A stretch of DNA of 53,838 bases from an uncultured Melioribacteraceae bacterium (GTDB taxonomy: Bacteria; Bacteroidota; Ignavibacteria; Ignavibacteriales; Melioribacteraceae), in the NCBI GenBank assembly GCA_964554135.1, contig CAZKNM010000004.1, positions 1-53,838 of the forward strand, in the 5' to 3' direction. Below the pieces are notes generated by a model. That model saw nothing but the letters and a program-made list of their open reading frames with translations, searched no databases and had not been told where the DNA came from. Made by a program: the position numbers and the translations under genes. Positions 18,691-28,841 of this stretch are shown one piece after another (position 1 is the first letter of the stretch; each line of letters starts with the position of its first letter).

Positions 18691-20097
18691 ATGGGTCAGG
18701 GGATTTCTCTCATTCTGAATTTTTTTACCTTTATTCTCGCTGCTAGATTTTTAGGTGTTCAGGGATTTGGTGAGTTTGGAAATTTAGTTGCAATAGTCGG
18801 AATTTTATCCAAAGTAGTTGATTATGGATTAGGACCGATTGTGTTCCGCGAATCTTCCAAAAATAAAAATGCGAATAGATATCTTAATAGTGCGATCGTA
18901 ATAAGATTAATTATTTTTTTAGTGACCGTGGTTCTGTTGAATTTTATTTGCTATATCATAAAGTTAAGCACTCAAGAAGTTGTAATACTTAATATTCTTT
19001 CCTTTAGTATAATAATTTCAACGAGGATGGCGAATATCCGCGAGCTGCTTGCAACACCTTTCAAGGTGCAACTGAAAATGCATTATCCTATGATTCTTAC
19101 TGTTCTAGATAATTTTTTGCTGCTCGCATTTGTTATCATCATGCCTTTTGTAAATGGCGGATTATTTTATTTTGTAATTGTTTACGTAATTTCTGCACTT
19201 CCCGGCTTTTTATTATTGATATTTCTGTTGTATAGAAAGTTCGGATTCAAAGTCAGAATGAAGTTATTCAGAACGGGATGGTTGTTAAAAGAATCCACTC
19301 CACTGGCTGGATTTGTTCTCCTGATTATTTTATTTCAGCAGTTCGACATCGTGCTGTTAAACTCAATGAAAGATTCTTTTGCCGCCGGAATTTATGCCGC
19401 GGCAACACGTTTATCAATGCCTCTCAATATTATCCCGACAGTTATTGTCACTACTGTATTCCCGATATTGGTCCGGAATATAAAAGACAAACGAAAAATT
19501 GTTATGATAAATTCTCTTGTATATAAGGTTTTGTTTCTAATTTCCTTTGTGATGTTCATTTTCATTGCTTTTAAAGCGCAAGATATTGTTGCAATAGTAT
19601 TTGGAGAGAGTTACCGGCTTGCCGGTAATCCAACTATGTTATTATTCTGTTCTCAAATATTTTTATTTGTCAATTTTTTCGCAATTGATTTACTTACAGT
19701 ACATAATAAACAATTTTGGAATTTTGTCTATTCGATTATCCTTGTATTAACAAACTTGTCTCTTAATATGTTATTGATCGATAAATACTCATTTAACGGT
19801 GTTGGTACAGCAAAAATAATCTCCGCCTTTTTCGGATTTTTATTTTTGATTTTTTTACAGTACAAATTCCAAATACAAATAAAAATGATTACGCAAAACA
19901 TCATAATGTGGATTTTTATTGTCTCTGGTGGTATGTATTTTTTGTCATATCTTCCTCTATTATATTATATCTCATCATCAATCGCATTAATTTTTGCTTC
20001 GGTATTCTTGCTAAAATATTTTAATGCAGAAGAATTTAGAATCATTTTTAAGCTGATCAATAAAGAAAAATGGTACAAGAAAATAATAAAGCAATAG
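18691..20097 (+). CDS. Second Wzx-type flippase (MOP superfamily); annotated start probably too short
   Basis: 468-aa polytopic ORF beginning MGQGISLILNFFTFILAARFLGVQGFGEF. The same frame stays open upstream (..IQKITKNVFSLS). An ATG at 18647 lies in the adjacent frame, separated by an A6 run. Confidence 0.65.
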   Translation: MGQGISLILNFFTFILAARFLGVQGFGEFGNLVAIVGILSKVVDYGLGPIVFRESSKNKNANRYLNSAIVIRLIIFLVTVVLLNFICYIIKLSTQEVVILNILSFSIIISTRMANIRELLATPFKVQLKMHYPMILTVLDNFLLLAFVIIMPFVNGGLFYFVIVYVISALPGFLLLIFLLYRKFGFKVRMKLFRTGWLLKESTPLAGFVLLIILFQQFDIVLLNSMKDSFAAGIYAAATRLSMPLNIIPTVIVTTVFPILVRNIKDKRKIVMINSLVYKVLFLISFVMFIFIAFKAQDIVAIVFGESYRLAGNPTMLLFCSQIFLFVNFFAIDLLTVHNKQFWNFVYSIILVLTNLSLNMLLIDKYSFNGVGTAKIISAFFGFLFLIFLQYKFQIQIKMITQNIIMWIFIVSGGMYFLSYLPLLYYISSSIALIFASVFLLKYFNAEEFRIIFKLINKEKWYKKIIKQ

Positions 20098-21020
20098 ACA
20101 TATCCATTATTATAGTTAATTACAACGCTTTTGAATTATTGGATGATTGTATCTCATCTTTAATTAACAAGACTAAGGATGTTTCTTATGAGATAATTGT
20201 AGTCGATAATAATTCTGATGAAGGAGATATCAAAGAGGTAATCGATAAGTATAAAAATATAATTCTTATCCAAAATGATACGAATAGAGGTTTTGCCTAT
20301 GCAAATAACCAAGCTATTAATATTGCAAAAGGGAAATATCTTTTATTCCTAAATAACGACGTACTGTTTATAGAGAATAGTCTTAAAAAAATTTTCGAGT
20401 ATGCGGAAACACTCGAAGGAAATGTTTTTATCGGATGCAGGTTATTTAATTCAGACTTATCTGTTCAAGAATCTATATCAAGGTTTCCTTCGGTATGGAA
20501 TATTTTTACCGAAAGTGTTTTTATATACAGACTATTTAAACGTTCTACTTTGTTAAATAAATATTATCAAAATTATATTAGAGTTGAAAAACCATTTGAG
20601 GTTGATGTTATAAAGGGAGCGTTCATATTTTGCACGAAGGATTCTGTGTTGCAGCTAAACGGTTTTGACGAACGGTTTTTTTTCTATTCCGAGGAGGTCG
20701 ATCTTTGTTTACGGCATCGTAAAATTGGAGGTAGAAATATTTTTTATCCACTCACGTCTGTCATTCATTATGAGGGAAAGAACGATAGTAAAAATCGTTG
20801 GTTCTATTTTAAGAATTTGATGTTGAGTAAAATTCAATTTTATCAAAAGCATTTTAGCTCGCTGCAATTTTTCTTCGCTCAAGTTTTTCAATATTTGGGG
20901 ATTCTGTTGAGAATACCTGTTTATATCGCTCTAGGATTGATAAGTTGGAACAGAATGTTTTTGCAAAAGTCATGGTATTATTTACGACTTTTATTTGTAT
21001 ATACACGAAATAAATTCTAA
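20070..21020 (+). CDS. Family 2 glycosyltransferase
   Basis: GT-A motifs present are [40 protein letters not shown] and YSEEVDLC. Confidence 0.8.
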   Translation: MVQENNKAIDISIIIVNYNAFELLDDCISSLINKTKDVSYEIIVVDNNSDEGDIKEVIDKYKNIILIQNDTNRGFAYANNQAINIAKGKYLLFLNNDVLFIENSLKKIFEYAETLEGNVFIGCRLFNSDLSVQESISRFPSVWNIFTESVFIYRLFKRSTLLNKYYQNYIRVEKPFEVDVIKGAFIFCTKDSVLQLNGFDERFFFYSEEVDLCLRHRKIGGRNIFYPLTSVIHYEGKNDSKNRWFYFKNLMLSKIQFYQKHFSSLQFFFAQVFQYLGILLRIPVYIALGLISWNRMFLQKSWYYLRLLFVYTRNKF

Positions 21021-21043
21021 TTGATGATGGGACTTATTGATTT

Positions 21044-22243
21044 ATGAGAATACTGTTTATATCACCTAAAATACCAATTCCACCGAATGACGGTCACAAG
21101 ATCAGTATTTATGGTGTGATTAAACATTTGAATTTGCGAGGACACAAGATTGACTTTGCAGGATACAGTCAAGGTCTAACTCAAGACGAGTATTTGACGG
21201 AGTTGAAAAATATTTGCATGCCTTACATAGTTAATTATAGAGCAAAGAATAATTTGGTAAAAGAGGTTATTAACTGCTTTGATTCTGTTCCTTACAATGT
21301 TTCCAAATATCGAACAATTAAGATGAAGAGATTAATACTTGACCTATTAATGAAAAGGAAATATGACATCATTCATGTAACAAATATTCATATGGCTTGG
21401 GTTGTGGGTGTGGTTAGACGGGTCACCGATACACCTGTTGTGTTGCGTCAGGAAAATCTGGAGATGATGATAATGAAAAGATTCTATGGATATCAGAGAA
21501 ATCCGTTTATAAAACTGTTTACATATTTTCAATACCGTAAGTTTGTAAAATATGAACCGAGAATGTGTAAAAAGTTCGATTCGTGTGTAATGATGAGCAG
21601 AAACGAAGAGGAAAGTCTTTTAAAATATGATTCCACAATACATACTGCACATATTCCAATCGGAGTTGAGACAAAGCTGCTGTCGGTCAAATCTACACAG
21701 AAAGAAAAATTTTCCATTGTTCATATCGGAAATTTAAGTTGGTATCCGAATTGCGACGGTTTGAATTGGTTTCTGAAAGAAATATTTCCCGAAGTGGTTA
21801 AACAGCAGCCGGATACAAGATTGTATATATACAGCAGCAGGATACCTATATCTTTAAGGATTTCACCTCATTTATTAAAAAATATTACTCAAGCAGGTTA
21901 TGTAGAAGACATCTGGAATGAAATAAAAAATAAGTCTCTTGCAGTCATTCCACTTAGAATCGGGAGCGGAATCAGAGTGAAAATATTGGAGATGCTCGCA
22001 GCCGGTATTAATATCTTGACAACTACTATAGGTAAAGAGGGATTAGAAGTTGAATCTGGGAAACAAATTTTGATAGCTGATCGTAAAGAAGAGTTCGTAC
22101 AAACGATTTTGAATTTCTTTGAAGAAAAATATGATTCTTCGGAGATGGTAAATAAGGGGAAGGAGCTGATTCGTGAGAAGTATACATGGGGGAGAGTGGC
22201 CGATGAATTTGAAATGTTATACAAAAAGATAGCAAGAAACTGA
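21044..22243 (+). CDS. Family 4 glycosyltransferase
   Basis: GT-B pattern: the N-terminus reads ILFISPKIPIPPNDGHKISIY. The C-terminal region reads PLRIGSGIRVKILEMLAAGINILTTTIGKEGLEV. Confidence 0.7.
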   Translation: MRILFISPKIPIPPNDGHKISIYGVIKHLNLRGHKIDFAGYSQGLTQDEYLTELKNICMPYIVNYRAKNNLVKEVINCFDSVPYNVSKYRTIKMKRLILDLLMKRKYDIIHVTNIHMAWVVGVVRRVTDTPVVLRQENLEMMIMKRFYGYQRNPFIKLFTYFQYRKFVKYEPRMCKKFDSCVMMSRNEEESLLKYDSTIHTAHIPIGVETKLLSVKSTQKEKFSIVHIGNLSWYPNCDGLNWFLKEIFPEVVKQQPDTRLYIYSSRIPISLRISPHLLKNITQAGYVEDIWNEIKNKSLAVIPLRIGSGIRVKILEMLAAGINILTTTIGKEGLEVESGKQILIADRKEEFVQTILNFFEEKYDSSEMVNKGKELIREKYTWGRVADEFEMLYKKIARN

Positions 22244-22250
22244 ATAGCCG

Positions 22251-23411
22251 ATGGTATTCGAAGCAATTACAATATTAATCTTAATTATTTTTTTTAACTC
22301 ATTTTTCTTTTATCCCTTTTTGATGTGTATTATTGGTCGCCTGAAGAAAAAAGAAAAAGTTTCTTCTGATGAATATATCCCAACTATAACAATATTAGTT
22401 GCTGCCCATAATGAAGAAGCTGTAATTGGACAGCGTATTCGGAATATTGCTTCGGTCAATTATGATTTCAGTAAAATAAAAGTCTTGATCGGCTCCGATA
22501 ATTCGGATGATAATACAAATGAGATCATCAGAAAACTTGAGAGTGAATATAATTGGTTAAAGGTTTTCATATTTGAGAAGCGGCAAGGCAAAGCTGGTGT
22601 ACTGAATAAATTATATGGATATTGTTCGTCGGAGATACTCCTGTTTACTGATGCAAACACTGAATTTGAACCTGATGCCGTTAAAAAACTAGTGCAAGGA
22701 TTTCAGAATCAGAAAGTTGGCGGTGTTTCCGGAAGACTAATCTTAACTGATACGGAAGTTGATAAAAATGAAAGCGTCGAAGAAAGAAAGTACTGGCTTT
22801 ATGAAACGATGATTAAAAAGTTCGAAGGTAAGTTGGGAATATTAGTCGGTGCGAATGGAGGAATTTTCGCCATTCGTAAAGAGTTGTATGAAACTATACC
22901 GACAACTAAAGCAGTAACCGACGATCTATATATCTCACTCTCCATACTGAGAAAAGGTTATCAATTTTCCTTCCGCGACGATGCAATCGCATTTGAAAAA
23001 GTAGGAAGCGATGTGAAGAAAGAGTATATAAGGAAAGTTAGGTTTTCAGCGACGAATTTTCAGACTCTGATTTTTTTAAATAAATTGTTATTGCAAAAAA
23101 ATATTTTCATTTCGTATGCATTTTTTTCGCACAAAGTTAGCCGGTGGCTGTTGCCATTCATGCTTGTTGCTATATTTATTTGCACCATTCCGGTTATTAA
23201 CAACGGTTTATTTTTCAACATTGTGTTTATTCTTCAATTGATATTTTATTTGTTCGCTCTAGTTGGTTTAATTTTTGCGAAACTCAGTGTAAAAATATCT
23301 ATTTTTTCAATACCTTATTTCTTTATGGTAACTAACGCGGCAATATTTGTTGGTTTTGTTAAATTTCTTTTGGGAAGACATAGTGTGATATGGCAGTCAA
23401 CTCCAAGATAA
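22251..23411 (+). CDS. Membrane-anchored family 2 glycosyltransferase (synthase-like architecture)
   Basis: An N-terminal TM helix is followed by a GT-A core (ITILVAAHNEE, SDNSDDNT, FTDANT). Three to four C-terminal TM helices follow. Confidence 0.7.
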   Translation: MVFEAITILILIIFFNSFFFYPFLMCIIGRLKKKEKVSSDEYIPTITILVAAHNEEAVIGQRIRNIASVNYDFSKIKVLIGSDNSDDNTNEIIRKLESEYNWLKVFIFEKRQGKAGVLNKLYGYCSSEILLFTDANTEFEPDAVKKLVQGFQNQKVGGVSGRLILTDTEVDKNESVEERKYWLYETMIKKFEGKLGILVGANGGIFAIRKELYETIPTTKAVTDDLYISLSILRKGYQFSFRDDAIAFEKVGSDVKKEYIRKVRFSATNFQTLIFLNKLLLQKNIFISYAFFSHKVSRWLLPFMLVAIFICTIPVINNGLFFNIVFILQLIFYLFALVGLIFAKLSVKISIFSIPYFFMVTNAAIFVGFVKFLLGRHSVIWQSTPR

Positions 23412-23424
23412 ATTAACAGTCATT

Positions 23425-24618
23425 ATGAAATATGACATTATTATTATAGGTGCTGGAATAATTGGTTTGGCAACAGGATTAAAATTTCTTGAGAAAAATC
23501 CAAACCTAAAAATTCTTCTATTGGAAAAAGAGAACGGAATTGCAAAACATCAAACCGGTAATAACAGCGGAGTAATTCATTCGGGTATTTATTATAAACC
23601 CGGCAGCATGAAGGCAAGGAATTGTATAAACGGTTACAACCAGCTATTGGAATTCTGTGCAAAGAATGACATAAAATTTGATATCTGTGGTAAGTTGATT
23701 GTCGCAGTTAAAGAAAAGGAAATTCTATATCTAGAAAAATTATTTGAGAGAGGAATTGAAAACGGATTAAAAGGTTTACAGAAATTAACAAGAGAAGAAT
23801 TGAAAGATTTCGAACCTAATGTGAATGGAGTAGCCGGCATATTTGTACCTCAAACTGGCATCATTGACTTTTTGGAAGTATCGAAAAAATATTGTGAAGT
23901 GATTCAGAACTATGGAGTAGATATTAATCTCAACGAGGAAGTTATCGGTATTCAGGTTGCGACTGATAGTTGTGAGGTTATTTCAAAAAACAAAAGTTAT
24001 CAAACAAAAAAAGTTGTAAGTTGTGCCGGATTATTCTCTGATAGAATTGCCAAGATGACCCATCCCGACCTGAATTTAAGAATCATTCCCTTCAGGGGAG
24101 AATATTATAAAATAAAAGCTGAAAGGAAGCATCTCGTAAAAAATTTAATTTATCCTGTACCGGATCCGAATTTTCCGTTCCTTGGTGTGCATTTTACCCG
24201 GACGATAAACGATGAGGTAGAAGCAGGTCCGAATGCAGTGCTGGCATTTCATAGGGAAGGATATAAGAAATCCGATATCAACGTTAAAGATACTTGGGAG
24301 ACATTTACCTGGCCCGGATTCTTAAGTATAGCTAAAGAATATTGGCGGATGGGTTTTGGTGAATTTTATAGATCATATTTTAAAACAGCATTTGTTCATG
24401 CATTACAGAAATTGATTCCGGAAATTACCAAAGAAGATTTGGAACGGGGCGGTTCAGGAGTCAGAGCTCAGGCTTGTGATAAATCCGGAGGGCTTTTGGA
24501 TGATTTTTTTATTGTCGGGAATGATAGAATTCATCATGTTTGTAATGCTCCGTCTCCGGCTGCAACAGCGTCACTTTCTATCGGTGAATATATTGCTGAA
24601 AAAATATTAACGAATTAA
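23425..24618 (+). CDS. lhgO: L-2-hydroxyglutarate oxidase-like FAD-dependent oxidoreductase
   Basis: It is collinear by eye with E. coli LhgO/YgaF. Shared segments are DIIIIGAGIIGLATG, HQTGNNSGVIHSGIYYKPGS, FRGEYYK, IYPVPDPNFPFLGVHFTR, GPNAVLAFHREGY, SGVRAQA and HVCNAPSPAATAS. Confidence 0.85.
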   Translation: MKYDIIIIGAGIIGLATGLKFLEKNPNLKILLLEKENGIAKHQTGNNSGVIHSGIYYKPGSMKARNCINGYNQLLEFCAKNDIKFDICGKLIVAVKEKEILYLEKLFERGIENGLKGLQKLTREELKDFEPNVNGVAGIFVPQTGIIDFLEVSKKYCEVIQNYGVDINLNEEVIGIQVATDSCEVISKNKSYQTKKVVSCAGLFSDRIAKMTHPDLNLRIIPFRGEYYKIKAERKHLVKNLIYPVPDPNFPFLGVHFTRTINDEVEAGPNAVLAFHREGYKKSDINVKDTWETFTWPGFLSIAKEYWRMGFGEFYRSYFKTAFVHALQKLIPEITKEDLERGGSGVRAQACDKSGGLLDDFFIVGNDRIHHVCNAPSPAATASLSIGEYIAEKILTN

Positions 24619-24665
24619 TTTTCATTAATTTTGTGTTCTCATAAAGCTAAATGGATTGAATTACT

Positions 24666-26069
24666 TTGGATAAAAGAATTGAAAGAATTCTTATTCTTCT
24701 TATTGATTTTTTGATGGTAAATATTGCCTGGTTACTCTTTTTTTATTTTCGTGTTGAAACCGGGTGGTTCAATTTACTTACCGAGCCGGAATTCCTTTTT
24801 CCGATGTCTGCAATATATATTTATTGGATCGTGATTTTTACATTCGTCGGGATGTACAGAACCTGGTTTGCTTCATCCCGCATGGAAGAAATTAACACTC
24901 TCTTCAAAGCTTCATTTGTGGGAATTTTTATTCTTTTCTTCATGATACTTTATGATGATTATACTCACGGGGAAGTTTCGACAAACCGGTTTATCATTTT
25001 TATTTATTGGGGGATATTCTTTGTATCCGTGAGTTTTGGGAGATTATTCATCAGAAGTTTACAGCGCAGACTTCTAGTGAAGGGAATCGGGAGACGTAAT
25101 GCAATCATTGTGGGATTTAATCCCAAAGCAAACGATGTCCATGATAAAATTGAGAAGTTCCGTGCCTTCGGATTGGATGTGGCAGCATATGTAGCAGTGA
25201 AAAAGGTTAATGTCGGTAAGAAATATAAAGGAATAAAAGCGGTTAGCACTGTTGCGGATATTGAAAAAATCATCGATAAATATCAAGTGTCGAATGTTAT
25301 TATTGCATTAGAAAAACATGAAGATGAAGTATTGATGAATGTTTTGAGTAAATGCGAAGGTAAAAATGTCTCACTGAAAATCGTACCTGATCTTTATGAG
25401 ATTATAAGCGGGCAGGCAAGAACATCGCAAATCTACGGTTTCCCATTGATCGATATTATGCCTGAATTAATGCCGGAATGGGAAAAGAAAGTTAAGCGGT
25501 TAATGGATATTTTTGTTGCACTAGTAATATTGATTATAACTTCTCCTGTTACATTACTAACTTTGATTGCAATAAAGGTTAATAGCAGAGGCCCTATTTT
25601 ATACAAGCAGGAAAGAATGGGTTTAAGAGGCAAAATTTTTAGGATTTATAAATTCCGATCAATGATTCAAGACGCGGAGAAATTATCCGGACCCGTTTGG
25701 TCATCTAAGGATGATTCCAGAGTTACAAGAGTTGGTAAATTAATTAGAAAAATGAGGATAGATGAAATTCCGCAGGTTATTAATATTTTGAAGGGGGAAA
25801 TGAGTTTAGTTGGACCACGACCTGAAAGACCTTATTTTGTCGAAAAACTAGCCAAGGAAATTCCATTGTATAAAAGAAGATTGAAAGTAAGACCAGGTAT
25901 AACCGGATGGGCTCAAGTAAAACATAAGTATGATGAGAGTATAGAAGATGTTAAAACGAAACTTCGCTATGATTTGTTTTACATTGAGAATATGTCGTTA
26001 AAAATGGATTTGAATATTATTTTTAGGACTATTTTTGTTGTTCTCTTCGGCATGAGGCAGTATGAATAA
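24666..26069 (+). CDS. Undecaprenyl-phosphate hexose-1-phosphate transferase (WbaP-type priming phosphoglycosyl transferase)
   Basis: Four N-terminal TM helices are followed by a central Rossmann-like segment. The Bac_transf core then follows: KFRSM, DSRVTRVGKLIRKMRIDEIPQVINILKGEMSLVGPRPERP and PGITGWAQV. It has a TTG start. Confidence 0.9.
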   Translation: MDKRIERILILLIDFLMVNIAWLLFFYFRVETGWFNLLTEPEFLFPMSAIYIYWIVIFTFVGMYRTWFASSRMEEINTLFKASFVGIFILFFMILYDDYTHGEVSTNRFIIFIYWGIFFVSVSFGRLFIRSLQRRLLVKGIGRRNAIIVGFNPKANDVHDKIEKFRAFGLDVAAYVAVKKVNVGKKYKGIKAVSTVADIEKIIDKYQVSNVIIALEKHEDEVLMNVLSKCEGKNVSLKIVPDLYEIISGQARTSQIYGFPLIDIMPELMPEWEKKVKRLMDIFVALVILIITSPVTLLTLIAIKVNSRGPILYKQERMGLRGKIFRIYKFRSMIQDAEKLSGPVWSSKDDSRVTRVGKLIRKMRIDEIPQVINILKGEMSLVGPRPERPYFVEKLAKEIPLYKRRLKVRPGITGWAQVKHKYDESIEDVKTKLRYDLFYIENMSLKMDLNIIFRTIFVVLFGMRQYE

Positions 26070-26114
26070 CGCTTTTAAGAATTTTTTCTCATAGCTAATG
26101 AAAGTGAGAAGGAG

Positions 26115-26840
26115 TTGTGTAAATTGAAATCACTGGTAATCATACCGACATATAATGAAATCGATAATATCAAAAAACTCATTCCACAACTTTTAAATTT
26201 GTATTCCGATCTAGATATATTGATAGTCGATGATAATTCACCCGATAGAACCTGGGAGTATGTTGAAAAACTCAGTGCTGGGAACATTAAGGTAAAATTA
26301 ATAAGACGCGAAATGAAGTTGGGATTAGGTACGGCTTACGTTGCAGGCTTCAAATACATGCTCGGTCATGGTTATGATATTGCATTTCAAATGGATGCTG
26401 ATTTTTCACACGATCCAAAGGATCTTGCCGACTTTCTCCGACATATTGAGAAATATGATTTGGTAATCGGCAGCAGATATATTTCGGGAGTAAATGTTGT
26501 TAATTGGCCTATAAGCAGATTGCTGCTTAGTTATTTTGCAAATTTATATACGAGAATCATTACAGGATTACCAGTGTATGACTGCACCAGCGGCTTCAAG
26601 TGTATCAGACGAAAAGTATTGGAATCAATCGATCTCGATCAAATACATTCTAACGGTTATTCCTTCCAAATAGAGATGAATTTCAAAACATGGAAAAAAG
26701 GATTTAAAATTTTTGAGTTCCCGATTGTCTTTGTGGATAGATTTCAGGGCAGCTCTAAAATGTCGAAAAAAATTGTCCGAGAGGCTGTGTTCATGGTTTG
26801 GAAACTCAGATTGAAAAGTATTTTTGGTATGTTAAAATAA
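26115..26840 (+). CDS. Polyprenol-phosphate mannosyl/glycosyl transferase (Ppm1/DPM1-like GT2)
   Basis: Motifs present are VIIPTYNE, LIVDDNSPDRT, GLGTAYVAGF, QMDADFSHDP, VIGSRY and DCTSGFK. A GAAGGAG SD precedes the TTG start. Confidence 0.8.
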   Translation: MCKLKSLVIIPTYNEIDNIKKLIPQLLNLYSDLDILIVDDNSPDRTWEYVEKLSAGNIKVKLIRREMKLGLGTAYVAGFKYMLGHGYDIAFQMDADFSHDPKDLADFLRHIEKYDLVIGSRYISGVNVVNWPISRLLLSYFANLYTRIITGLPVYDCTSGFKCIRRKVLESIDLDQIHSNGYSFQIEMNFKTWKKGFKIFEFPIVFVDRFQGSSKMSKKIVREAVFMVWKLRLKSIFGMLK

Positions 26841-26849
26841 TCGATATCA

Positions 26850-28841
26850 ATGAAAACACTTTCTATAATCATTGTTAATTATAATGTAAAAGAATTTCTG
26901 CTTAATCTCCTTAAGTCGATTCGGTATGCGGTTAAGGGAATATCCAATGAAATAATTGTGGTTGATAATGCATCCGAAGACGGAAGTGTTGAAGCGGTTA
27001 AAAAGAAATTTCCGTATATCAAGATAATTAGAAATGAGAAAAATCTGGGTTTCGGATCTGCCAACAACATCGCTCTCGAAAAAGTAAAAGGAAAATATAT
27101 TGTCTTTTTAAATCCAGATGCGATAGTAAAAGAAGATACGTTTAAGGTAATGCTCGAATTCTTTCAAAGAACTCCAGATGCCGGCATAGCGGGTTGCAAG
27201 GTTCTTAATCCTGATGGTACACTTCAATTAGCATGCAGAAGAAGTTTCCCGGGTCCTTGGACATCTTTTACCAAAGTTACTGGTCTTAGTTCGTTATTTT
27301 CTAAAAGCAAACTTTTTGCTCGTTATAATTTAACTTACCTTGATGAAAACCAAACCTACGAAGTTGATGCAATATCCGGTTCTTTCATGATGACGAAAAA
27401 AGAAGTTTATAAAAAGGTAGGTGGTTTCGATCCCCAATTTTTTATGTATGGAGAAGACCTGGATTTATGTTACAGAATTCAGGAGGCGGGTTATAAAGTT
27501 TATTATGTGCATTCAACACAGATCATTCATTATAAAGGTGAAAGCACCAAGCGAAGCAATCTAGACGAGACAAAAGTTTTTTATGATGCCATGCATTTAT
27601 TCGTAAAGAAACATTTTTCTTCATCATTTATAGTCGAAGTAATATTACAATCTGCGATTATCGTAAGGAAATTATTTGCGTTTGCAAATGTATATAAAAT
27701 TATCATTGCAGCTCTTTTCTTTGATTTCATTTTTTACACTCTTGCGGTTCTTCTGGCGGAAAAGTTGTACAGTCCAGGTCAATGGAGCGGTTTCCCTCAA
27801 TTTGTCAAACCGTGGATATACATCATTCCTGCTCTAATACAGATTGTAATATCGAGTTTTTCGGGTGCATATAAGAAGAATTCGCTTTCGGTATTGCGTT
27901 CTCTTTTAGCATTACTGACAGGATTTGTTTTCCTTTCATCTCTAACATTCTTTTTTAAACAATTTGCATTCAGCCGTGCTGTTGTGCTGATAACTTATTC
28001 GTTATCGTTGGTAATGTTTGTGTTCTGGAGAGTCATTGCAAAATTGTTTTTCAGGTTTGGAATTGTCAGTGAGACAGGGAAGATAAGAACGCTGGTTGTA
28101 GGTATAAACAAAAATGCTTCATACTTAGCGCTGAAATTGAAATCAAATTTAACCGATCTTCATCACATAGTGGGATTGATCAGTTTAAAACAAAAAGACG
28201 TCGGCAAACATATAAATAAATTTGAAGTATTAGGAAGTTTGCAGAATATCAAAAAAATTATTATCGATGATAAGATTGACAAAGTTATTTTTTCATCCGG
28301 GGATATCTCTTATAACCAACTATTTTCCGTTGTCTCCAACTGTCAGGGAGAGAAAGTTGAATTCATGGTTGCCGGTAGCGAGCTGGATTATTTGGTGGGA
28401 AAATCATCTGTTACTATGTTGGATCATATTCCTCTTCTTACTATTCGTTATAATATTTCTTCCTTTTCTTACAAGATTACAAAATCTATTTTTGATTTGA
28501 TGTTTTCGCTGCCGATTTTACTTTTAATCTACCCGTTCATATATTTTTCCTCCAATTTGAAGCGGGATAAAAACGATTTCGTTAAGTTTGTACTTCAAGT
28601 TCCGGAAGTTTTAATCGGTAGGAAGAGTTTTGTCGGTCCTTATGCTAAGTTTACATTAGGAGAATTATATTTGGGGAAAATAGGTTTAACAGGTTTATGG
28701 TATACTGAATTGGTTGATTTGAAGGATAAAGATGAGATATATAAACTGAATATTTTTTATGCAAGGAATCAAAATATATGGTTGGATCTTGAAATACTTG
28801 GAAAAACTTTCGCAAAAATGTTTATCACAAAGGAGAAATAA
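26850..28841 (+). CDS. Fusion protein: N-terminal GT2 glycosyltransferase, multi-TM region, and C-terminal degenerate WbaP-like (Bac_transf-remnant) domain
   Basis: The GT-A core comprises [32 protein letters not shown] and YGEDLDLC. About 5 TM helices and a Rossmann-like [14 protein letters not shown] segment follow. The C-terminus reads [16 protein letters not shown]...[13 protein letters not shown]...GLTGLWYTE. This mirrors the neighbouring priming transferase but lacks the KFRSM and DE-containing core. Confidence 0.75.
   Translation: MKTLSIIIVNYNVKEFLLNLLKSIRYAVKGISNEIIVVDNASEDGSVEAVKKKFPYIKIIRNEKNLGFGSANNIALEKVKGKYIVFLNPDAIVKEDTFKVMLEFFQRTPDAGIAGCKVLNPDGTLQLACRRSFPGPWTSFTKVTGLSSLFSKSKLFARYNLTYLDENQTYEVDAISGSFMMTKKEVYKKVGGFDPQFFMYGEDLDLCYRIQEAGYKVYYVHSTQIIHYKGESTKRSNLDETKVFYDAMHLFVKKHFSSSFIVEVILQSAIIVRKLFAFANVYKIIIAALFFDFIFYTLAVLLAEKLYSPGQWSGFPQFVKPWIYIIPALIQIVISSFSGAYKKNSLSVLRSLLALLTGFVFLSSLTFFFKQFAFSRAVVLITYSLSLVMFVFWRVIAKLFFRFGIVSETGKIRTLVVGINKNASYLALKLKSNLTDLHHIVGLISLKQKDVGKHINKFEVLGSLQNIKKIIIDDKIDKVIFSSGDISYNQLFSVVSNCQGEKVEFMVAGSELDYLVGKSSVTMLDHIPLLTIRYNISSFSYKITKSIFDLMFSLPILLLIYPFIYFSSNLKRDKNDFVKFVLQVPEVLIGRKSFVGPYAKFTLGELYLGKIGLTGLWYTELVDLKDKDEIYKLNIFYARNQNIWLDLEILGKTFAKMFITKEK

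Noticed and set aside
21898-22266. 122-aa and 69-aa minus-strand ORFs at the 3-prime end of the GT4 gene
   Set aside because: They are antisense to a well-supported glycosyltransferase. They have no start context and a low-complexity product.
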